Positions 57,702-64,000 of a DNA stretch of 64,000 bases are shown here, piece by piece; position 1 is the stretch's first letter, and the number at the start of each line of letters is the position of its first letter. The DNA lies in assembly GCA_040905905.1 (NCBI GenBank), contig JBBDQN010000030.1, positions 15,782 to 79,781 of the forward strand, read 5' to 3'. Source of the DNA: Acidimicrobiia bacterium (GTDB lineage Bacteria; Actinomycetota; Acidimicrobiia; Spongiisociales; ZC4RG35). The notes below the pieces were generated by a model. It had not been told where the DNA came from and ran no database searches. It was given only the letters and a program-made list of their open reading frames with translations. Made by a program: the position numbers and the translations under genes.

Positions 57702-58936
57702 AGCGCGATGTCTCGACGGTACTGCATACCGGGGAGGCTGATTGAGCCGATGGCAGAGTAAGCAATAGCGCGGGCCTGATCGAGGCTCCGGCCCCGCCCG
57801 ACAACATTGATGACCCGGCCCCCGGCGCTGACCAACCGACCGCCTTCTGATCTGGTGCCCGCGTGAAAGACCATTGCCTGGTCGCCGAGCTTGCCGATTT
57901 TGATCGGGTCGCCCGACCGCGGTCTCTCGGGATAACCGTCGGCAGCCAGCACTACGTTCACAACGGACTCGTCCGACCATTTGACCTCGGCGTCAACCTG
58001 ACCGGCCAGACCGGTCTCGATCAGGTCGACCAGATCGGTCTTCATCCGCGGCAGGACCACCTGGGTCTCGGGGTCGCCGAGCCGGCAGTTGAACTCGAGG
58101 ACCTGCGGTCCGCTCGGGGTGAGCACCAGCCCGACATAGAGAAACCCCGTGTAGGGATTGCCGTCGTCTTCCATTGCCTTGAGCACCGGCCGGATCACCC
58201 GATCCACGGTGTCCTCTACGAGACTGTGGGGAAGGTCGGGAACCGGAGAGTACGAGCCCATCCCGCCCGTATTAGGACCCTGATCCCCGTCGAGGAGCCG
58301 CTTGTAGTCCCTCGCCGGTTCGAGGGCGACGACGGTGCCCTTTGCACAGAGTGCAAAGACGCTGACCTCGGGACCCTCCAGAAAGTCCTCGATGACTACC
58401 TCCGCTCGCCCGAACGCTCCGCTCAGGCAGCGGCGGACCCAGGCTGTAGCCTCGGCGCGACTGCCGGTCACCAACACACCTTTGCCGGCAGCCAGCCCAT
58501 CCGCTTTGACTACAAACGGCCCCGGATGGTTGGCGAGGTAGGTCAGGGCCGCCCCCTCTTCCGTGAACACCGCCCAGGCCGCGGTTGCGACCTCGGCCCG
58601 ATCCATTGTCTCTTTGGCAAAAGACTTGGAGGACTCGAGACGGGCGGCGGACCTGGTTGGCCCCCACACCGGGACCTTGACGTTGGCGAGGGCGTCGACG
58701 ACGCCGGCCGCCAGCGGGGCCTCCGGTCCTACTACCACCAGATCAACCCCAAGCTGGCTCGCAACCGTCGCCACCGCCCCGGCGTTGGCCGGATCAACCC
58801 CCTCGACCACGGCCCCCAGTCCCGCGAGACCGGGATTCCCGGGGAGCGAGATCAAGCGGTCTACCCGCGGGCTCTGTGTGAGTTTCCACCCGAGGGCGTG
58901 TTCCCGGCCCCCACCGCCGATGAGAAGGATCTTCAC
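57698..58936 (-). CDS. purD: Phosphoribosylamine--glycine ligase.
   Basis: N-terminal (V)KILLIGGGGREHALGWKL, followed by an ATP-grasp domain. The GTG start overlaps the purA stop as GTGA. Confidence 0.85.
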   Translation of the reverse strand: MKILLIGGGGREHALGWKLTQSPRVDRLISLPGNPGLAGLGAVVEGVDPANAGAVATVASQLGVDLVVVGPEAPLAAGVVDALANVKVPVWGPTRSAARLESSKSFAKETMDRAEVATAAWAVFTEEGAALTYLANHPGPFVVKADGLAAGKGVLVTGSRAEATAWVRRCLSGAFGRAEVVIEDFLEGPEVSVFALCAKGTVVALEPARDYKRLLDGDQGPNTGGMGSYSPVPDLPHSLVEDTVDRVIRPVLKAMEDDGNPYTGFLYVGLVLTPSGPQVLEFNCRLGDPETQVVLPRMKTDLVDLIETGLAGQVDAEVKWSDESVVNVVLAADGYPERPRSGDPIKIGKLGDQAMVFHAGTRSEGGRLVSAGGRVINVVGRGRSLDQARAIAYSAIGSISLPGMQYRRDIAL

Positions 58937-60204
58937 TTCTCGATCAGCTGGTGCCGCTCCGGTCCGACCGAAACCCACCCCACCGGCACCCCGGTATGGT
59001 CCTCGATGAATTCCAGGTAACTGCGGGCCTCTTTGGGTAGGTCGTCGTAACGCCGCACAGCAGAGATGTCTGTATTCCAACCAGGTTGGTGTTCGTATAC
59101 CGGGCTGCAGTGGTAGAGAACCGTGTGCTGACGGGGGAATTCGTCAAACCTTTCTCCATCGTTCTCATATGCGACCGCGATCTCAAGATCGGGGAAGTTG
59201 GAGAGGATGTCGAGTTTGGTGACGAACAAGCTGGTGATGCCGTTGATGCGGACCGCATAACGCAAAGCCACCAGGTCCAACCAGCCGCAGCGTCGCCGCC
59301 GTCCGGTCACCGTTCCGAACTCACCACCCAATTCGACCATCCGCCCCCCGGTCTCATCCTGGAGCTCGGTTGGGAAGGGTCCAGTGCCCACCCGGGAGAT
59401 GTAAGCCTTGGCCACCCCAACAACCCTGTCGATGGCTCCCGGTCCGATACCGGCACCAACCAGGGCTCCCCCGGACGTGGGATTCGAGGACGTCACGAAG
59501 GGATAGGTCCCATGATCGACGTCGAGGAGCGTTCCCTGGGCACCCTCCAGGAGCACCCGCTTGCCTTCCCGCAGACCCTCCCACAGGAGCAACGAAGTGT
59601 CCTCCACATGGGGGAGGAGGCGCTCGGCATATTCGAGGTACTCGTCAGCGATGGCTGTGGCATCCATCGGCAACTGGTTATAGACGCGGGTGAGGAGGCG
59701 ATTCTTGTCGTCGAGAGCGGTTGCAACCTTCTTCCGGAAGATCCCGGGGTCGTACAGGTCTTGAACCCTGATGCCGGTTCGGGAGAATTTGTCGGTGTAG
59801 GCCGGGCCGATGCCGCGTTTGGTCGTGCCGATCTGGTTCTGTCCGAGGTATCGCTCCATCACCGCATCGAGTTTGCGGTGGTACGGCATTATCAGGTGGG
59901 CATTGGCGCTGATCCGGAGACGAGTGGGGTCGATGTTGCGGGCTAGCACCATCTCCATCTCTGCAATCAGCACTTTGGGATCGATCACACACCCGGAGCC
60001 GAGGACCGGCACACAGTGGGGATACAAGACCCCGGAGGGGATGAGGGACAGCGCAATCTTTTCCTCGCCCACCACAATCGTGTGGCCAGCATTGTTTCCG
60101 CCCTGGTAACGAACCACGAAGTCGGAGGATTCAGCGAAGTGGTCGGTCACCCTTCCCTTGCCCTCGTCCCCCCACTGGGCGCCGAGCACGATCGTCGCAG
60201 GCAT
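58933..60204 (-). CDS. purA: Adenylosuccinate synthetase.
   Basis: GAQWGDEGKGRVTD P-loop, and the GNNAGHT motif. Confidence 0.9.
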   Translation of the reverse strand: MPATIVLGAQWGDEGKGRVTDHFAESSDFVVRYQGGNNAGHTIVVGEEKIALSLIPSGVLYPHCVPVLGSGCVIDPKVLIAEMEMVLARNIDPTRLRISANAHLIMPYHRKLDAVMERYLGQNQIGTTKRGIGPAYTDKFSRTGIRVQDLYDPGIFRKKVATALDDKNRLLTRVYNQLPMDATAIADEYLEYAERLLPHVEDTSLLLWEGLREGKRVLLEGAQGTLLDVDHGTYPFVTSSNPTSGGALVGAGIGPGAIDRVVGVAKAYISRVGTGPFPTELQDETGGRMVELGGEFGTVTGRRRRCGWLDLVALRYAVRINGITSLFVTKLDILSNFPDLEIAVAYENDGERFDEFPRQHTVLYHCSPVYEHQPGWNTDISAVRRYDDLPKEARSYLEFIEDHTGVPVGWVSVGPERHQLIEK

Positions 60205-60243
60205 CCCTTAGACGGTACCTGGCGACTCCCGCCTCGCCCGCTC

Positions 60244-60281
60244 GAAACACAGTGTTAACAATGGTGCAACGGCGCGGAAAC
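60244..60281. promoter_or_regulatory. Putative GlnR-box array: GAAAC-n6-TTAAC-n6-GCAAC-n6-GAAAC. Its 3' edge lies 50 bp upstream of glnA.
   Basis: Four 5-mers at an exact 11-bp periodicity match the actinobacterial GlnR cis-element pattern gTnAc-n6-GnAAc. Confidence 0.5.
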
Positions 60282-60330
60282 GGCCTCTCGGTACAACACC
60301 CACAGTCCACAACCTCGGAAGGAGCTCTGC

Positions 60331-61755
60331 ATGGCGAAAACGCCGGCGGACGTTTTGAAGATGGTCAAAGAAGGAGGTTACGAATTCGTTGACCTCCGTT
60401 TTTGTGACCTGCCTGGACAGGTTCAACATTTCACGATCCCTTCGGCTCAGTTGACCGAAGACGGTTTCGAGGAAGGTTATGGGTTCGATGGATCCTCGAT
60501 CCGGGGATTCCAGGCGATCCAGGAATCGGACATGATCCTGATGCCGGACCCGACCACTGCGGTCGAGGATCAATTCCGAGCCCGCAAGACGCTGATGATC
60601 TACTGCTTCGTCAACGACCCCCTCACCGGGGAGCCCTACGATCGCGATCCTCGCTACGTGGCCAAGAAGGCCGAGGCCTACCTGACCAGCACCGGTATTG
60701 CCGAGACTTCCTATTGGGGCCCGGAAGCAGAGTTCTACATCTTCGACTCAGCCCGATTCGCCCAGAACCAGTATTCCGCCTACTACTTCGTCGACTCCGA
60801 AGAGGGTGCATGGAACTCGGGTCGGGAGGAGCCCGGTGGCAACCTGGCTTATAAGCCCCGTTACAAGGAGGGGTATTTCCCGGTCCCTCCCACGGACCAC
60901 TTTCAAGATCTCCGGTCGGAGATGACCGCCAATCTCGAAGCTGCCGGTATTGAGATCGAGGTTCAACACCACGAGGTCGGCACGGCCGGGCAGGCGGAAA
61001 TCGACATGAGGTTCGACACCCTGCTGAGAATGGCCGACAAGGTGACGCTCTACAAATACATCGTCAAGAGCACCGCTTGGGCCTACGGCAAAACCGTGAC
61101 GTTTATGCCCAAGCCGATCTTCGAGGACAACGGCTCCGGGATGCACACCCACCAATCGTTGTGGTCGAGTGGGAAACCGCTGTTCTTCGACGAGGCGGGG
61201 TACGCGGGGTTGTCCGATATGGCCCGCTGGTATATCGGCGGCTTGTTGAAGCATGCCCCTTCGATCCTGGCCTTTGCAGCTCCGACCACCAACTCGTACC
61301 GACGTCTGGTGCCGGGATACGAGGCGCCGGTCAACCTGGTCTATTCGTCGCGTAACCGTTCGGCGGCGATCCGCATACCCCAATACAGCCAGAAGCCGTC
61401 GGCCAAACGTCTCGAGTTCCGGTGCCCCGACCCCTCCTGCAACCCGTACTTGGCCTTCTCGGCCATGCTGATGGCCGGTCTCGACGGAATCCAGAACCGG
61501 ATCGAACCACCAAGTCCGGTCGATAAGGACATCTACGATCTCCCGCCCGAGGAGTTGAAGAACCTGCCATCGGTACCCGGCAGTCTTGATGCGGCATTGG
61601 AGGCCCTGGAGGCCGACCACAACTTCCTGCTTACGGGGGGAGTGTTCAGTCAGGGTTTGATCGACACCTGGGTGGACTACAAGCGGACCCGGGAAATCGA
61701 CGCCATCCGCCTCCGCCCCCATCCATACGAGTTCTATCTCTTCTACGACGTTTAG
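60331..61755 (+). CDS. glnA: Glutamine synthetase type I.
   Basis: A 474-aa protein with the GSI beta-grasp and catalytic domains ([10 protein letters not shown]..., [25 protein letters not shown]). An AGGAG ribosome-binding site precedes the start. Confidence 0.9.
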   Translation: MAKTPADVLKMVKEGGYEFVDLRFCDLPGQVQHFTIPSAQLTEDGFEEGYGFDGSSIRGFQAIQESDMILMPDPTTAVEDQFRARKTLMIYCFVNDPLTGEPYDRDPRYVAKKAEAYLTSTGIAETSYWGPEAEFYIFDSARFAQNQYSAYYFVDSEEGAWNSGREEPGGNLAYKPRYKEGYFPVPPTDHFQDLRSEMTANLEAAGIEIEVQHHEVGTAGQAEIDMRFDTLLRMADKVTLYKYIVKSTAWAYGKTVTFMPKPIFEDNGSGMHTHQSLWSSGKPLFFDEAGYAGLSDMARWYIGGLLKHAPSILAFAAPTTNSYRRLVPGYEAPVNLVYSSRNRSAAIRIPQYSQKPSAKRLEFRCPDPSCNPYLAFSAMLMAGLDGIQNRIEPPSPVDKDIYDLPPEELKNLPSVPGSLDAALEALEADHNFLLTGGVFSQGLIDTWVDYKRTREIDAIRLRPHPYEFYLFYDV

Positions 61756-61880
61756 TCCGGGGGGAGGGAGGGCCAATGATTCGACCGGCCTGCCCCGGAC
61801 GTCGCGCGGTGGCGCACAGATCACTAGCGTGACCGGTGGAGTCGAAGGGCCTTCCCGCACGCCCTTGCTAGGGAGCTGAA

Positions 61881-62381
61881 GTGAAACGTGTGTCGTTCGT
61901 GGTGCTTGTGATGGTCTTGATGGCTTGTGGTGGATCTGCTGATACGACCGAGCAGACCACCGCGACAACCTCGACTGCGAGTACCACGGCGACCACGGAT
62001 GGCGGAGCGGACACCACCGAGGGGGACGTTGGTGGTCTCCCCTCCGGTGACTGCCTCCAGTTGAGCATGACCTTGTCGCAGGCTTCGACGTTGGGGCTTG
62101 GCGCCGCCTCCGGCGATGCGACCGACACTGTGCAGGCTCTCCAGAACATGGCTGCGGCGGCACCGGCTGAGATTTCGGACGATCTCGAGATTCTGGCGGC
62201 AGCATATGGCGAATTCCTGGCTGCTCTCGAGGAGGCGGGGGTCGACTTCGCCGACCCTTCCACCTACTCGACACCCGAGGCGCAAGCGGCGCTTGCTGCG
62301 GCCTCCGAGAGCCTCGACACCGTCGGGGTGGCGGAGGCCTCGGACAACATCTCTTCCTACCTCGACAGCGTCTGCGGGTAG
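61881..62381 (+). CDS. Hypothetical lipoprotein (Ala/Thr-rich).
   Basis: GTG start after GGGAGCTGAA. The lipobox is VLVMVLMACGGS, followed by low-complexity Thr/Ala-rich sequence. Confidence 0.5.
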   Translation: MKRVSFVVLVMVLMACGGSADTTEQTTATTSTASTTATTDGGADTTEGDVGGLPSGDCLQLSMTLSQASTLGLGAASGDATDTVQALQNMAAAAPAEISDDLEILAAAYGEFLAALEEAGVDFADPSTYSTPEAQAALAAASESLDTVGVAEASDNISSYLDSVCG

Positions 62382-62382
62382 A

Positions 62383-63591
62383 TCAGAAGATCTCGGGACA
62401 CCACGGTTGGGGGTCCCAGGAGAACATGAAGTCGGCTTTGGTCAGCGTGGCGTGGTCACCTTTGATGCGACCTGTTGCTGCCAGGCTTCGAAACCGCGAC
62501 CACCCCATGTAGCAGGCGCCGAGATCCTCGAGATCGAGGGCGAGGTCGGGTTCGGCCTTTGACTTCCTGGCCTCGGCCCCTTCTGGACCCCCCTCCACCA
62601 CGACGACCGAGGTGTGCTCGAGGAAGCGGTCGTTGACCTCCAGCACCAGCTTCCCCTCGACCTGATACCTACGGGCGGCCAATGCCTTGAGGAGATCGTG
62701 GGGACGGACCCAAAGAGCGTCACCGAGCGGTCCGCTTACGCGGCGACGGGCCGCCACCAGGTCGAATATTGGATCGTCGGGAGGACGGCGGTCGGCGGTG
62801 ACCTTTTTGACCAGGTCATGGGAGAGAGCCAGGCCCCAGAGACCTGCCCATCCTTCCGCACTCGATGCTATGAGATCGATGACAACCACCTCGCCGGCTC
62901 CGTGGCCGCCTTCCCAGTCGCTTTTCTGGCGATAGATCATGTAGCCGGAGTCGTCATTGGCGATCGCAAACCGTAGGGCCGTTGCTCCATCCCTGTTGCT
63001 GACCGGGTCTGCGAACCAGCGTTCTGCCCACCATGTCTCCGATCGTCGAAAAAAGCCCGGGCGGTTGAGGCGGAGCTTGTCATAGATCGGAGGGATTCGC
63101 TCCCGGGCTTCGTCGGCATCGATCAGGCTCACCGCGCCAGCAGCTGGAGCCAGGCGATGGCGGCCCGCATGGTGGCGATCGATGGAGAGGTCGTGATGCT
63201 GGGAAGCGAGGCCGTATCCGAACCTCCCGTAAATCCCCGAATCTGACGCCCACAAGGCGGCGAGCGGCTCGTCCCTGTCTCGAACATCAGCCAGGTGTGC
63301 TTCCATCATCAGACGGAGGGCACCGCGGCGGCGATGGGTCGGGAGCACGGACACCAGCGTGGTTCCCCCGGTGGGCACCACGGCTCCAGGGATGGTCAAT
63401 TCAAGGGAAAACGCGCCAGAGGTGGCGACCATCTTGTCGCCCTCGAAGACGCAGAACGACCGTTCTGGCTCCCAGATCCGGGCAAAATTCGCTTCTCTCT
63501 CTGGAGGCGGTTCCCACCCGAACGCCCGCCCGAGCACCTGGCGGAACTCGGCGACGTTGTCTGCCGTCACGGCCCGGACCTCGAGGGTCAC
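62383..63591 (-). CDS. GNAT-family N-acetyltransferase with a C-terminal SCP2-like domain (Eis-like).
   Basis: A roughly 400-aa protein with an N-terminal GNAT domain (RRRGALRLMMEAHL) and a three-domain Eis-family layout. Confidence 0.6.
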   Translation of the reverse strand: MTLEVRAVTADNVAEFRQVLGRAFGWEPPPEREANFARIWEPERSFCVFEGDKMVATSGAFSLELTIPGAVVPTGGTTLVSVLPTHRRRGALRLMMEAHLADVRDRDEPLAALWASDSGIYGRFGYGLASQHHDLSIDRHHAGRHRLAPAAGAVSLIDADEARERIPPIYDKLRLNRPGFFRRSETWWAERWFADPVSNRDGATALRFAIANDDSGYMIYRQKSDWEGGHGAGEVVVIDLIASSAEGWAGLWGLALSHDLVKKVTADRRPPDDPIFDLVAARRRVSGPLGDALWVRPHDLLKALAARRYQVEGKLVLEVNDRFLEHTSVVVVEGGPEGAEARKSKAEPDLALDLEDLGACYMGWSRFRSLAATGRIKGDHATLTKADFMFSWDPQPWCPEIF

Positions 63592-63596
63592 CTGGC

Positions 63597-64000
63597 CTAA
63601 GCTCCGCTGGCCGTGGCCCTGATGCCGTCGACGGCGGTGCTGAAGGCGCTGGCGGCGGTATCAAAGGCCACCACTCCCGCCCGGCGCCCATCACCCGTGT
63701 CGGGGGCGGGCGCTTGCAACCCGTCGAGCGCCTGGGCGATGGCGGCTACTGCCTGCTCGGCGGCCGCGACGACCGCGGCATGGGCCTCCTCGTAACCAGC
63801 CGGCGGGATCAAAGCTTGAACCTCCTGGGAGAGGGTGGTGGTGGCGGTCTGCACCCCGACGAAGGCCTCCTCCGCTTGGTCAAAGTCAATGGTCCTGGGG
63901 TTGCTGTCAAACCCGGTATTGGCGCCACTGAGATTGGTCCGGAGGTCGGTCAGCCGAATGTTGAAACCCTCCAAAGCATCGACATATGCCTGGGCATCCG
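63597..64000 (-). CDS. Hypothetical protein with its C-terminal part in the window. The frame stays open to the window end at 64000.
   Basis: The minus-strand frame is continuous from 64000 (…DAQAYVDALEGFNIRLTDLRTNLSGANTGF…) to the stop at 63597. No recognisable domain. Confidence 0.35.
   Translation of the reverse strand, partial: DAQAYVDALEGFNIRLTDLRTNLSGANTGFDSNPRTIDFDQAEEAFVGVQTATTTLSQEVQALIPPAGYEEAHAAVVAAAEQAVAAIAQALDGLQAPAPDTGDGRRAGVVAFDTAASAFSTAVDGIRATASGA

Noticed and set aside
60208-60573. A 121-aa minus-strand ORF overlapping the glnA promoter and 5' end.
   Set aside because: It lies antisense to the start of glnA and spans the purA-glnA regulatory region. It has no ribosome-binding site and no recognisable fold.
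61756-61880. A GTCCGGGG...CCCCGGAC inverted repeat downstream of glnA, as a terminator.
   Set aside because: The stem is only 8 bp, the loop is about 30 nt, and no U-tract follows. The evidence is too weak to call.
1-64000. rRNA or tRNA genes, and a prophage or mobile-element island.
   Set aside because: No intergenic region is long enough for an rRNA gene, and none looked tRNA-like. There is no integrase, transposase or phage-like gene, and no compositional shift that I could see by eye.

Overview
This is a 64 kb segment of a high-GC actinobacterial-type chromosome. I saw no rRNA or tRNA genes, no CRISPR array, and no integrase or transposase. It is gene-dense on both strands, with frequent ATGA/GTGA start-stop overlaps that indicate operons. 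Recognisable content, left to right, is listed below.

- **1-9 kb:** a partial lhgO-like FAD oxidoreductase, a 700-aa polytopic membrane protein with a lipase-like C-terminus, a cupredoxin lipoprotein, an ABC ATPase plus ABC-2 permease pair, a UbiE/MenG-type methyltransferase, a P-loop kinase-like protein and a YihY/BrkB membrane protein.
- **9-12.7 kb:** pirin, a Vgb-like beta-propeller lipoprotein and a thioesterase-like protein.
- **12.7-19.9 kb:** a complete phenylacetyl-CoA epoxidase operon paaABCDE, a TetR regulator (putative PaaR), and three translationally coupled unknown genes.
- **20-32 kb:** two class-III aminotransferases, then a block of hypothetical, membrane, Gfo/Idh/MocA, M24 and FG-GAP/ASPIC genes.
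- **32-40 kb:** a xylose locus with xylF, xylH and ATPase genes, an SDR, and a convergent xylB, unknown gene, xylA group.
- **40-60 kb:** a dispersed purine cluster (purM, purF, purL, purQ, purS, purC, purB, purE, purD, purA) with qor, pfk, a stand-alone cNMP-binding protein, a GATase, a PaaI thioesterase, an LCP protein, a ROK kinase, a CPA2 antiporter with USP domains and a YcaQ/AlkZ-like gene interleaved.
- **60-64 kb:** glnA, a lipoprotein, an Eis-like GNAT and a partial minus-strand ORF.

The signals not explained by standard annotation are these.

- A family of four roughly 50-bp near-perfect palindromes with 5-nt loops (consensus GCTTTTATCACCCAGACCCRTCG-N5-CGAYGGGTCTGGGTGATAAAARCGG) lies at gene ends. 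One overlaps the stop of the YcaQ-like gene.
- An 18-bp perfect palindrome sits immediately upstream of paaA and is probably the PaaR operator.
- A four-site GlnR-box array (5-mers separated by 6 nt) lies 50 bp upstream of glnA.
- A G/C homopolymer-run hairpin followed by TTTT lies between xylF and xylH.

I found no convincingly novel multi-gene system. The best candidates for follow-up are the palindromic repeat family and the three unknown genes appended to the paa operon.
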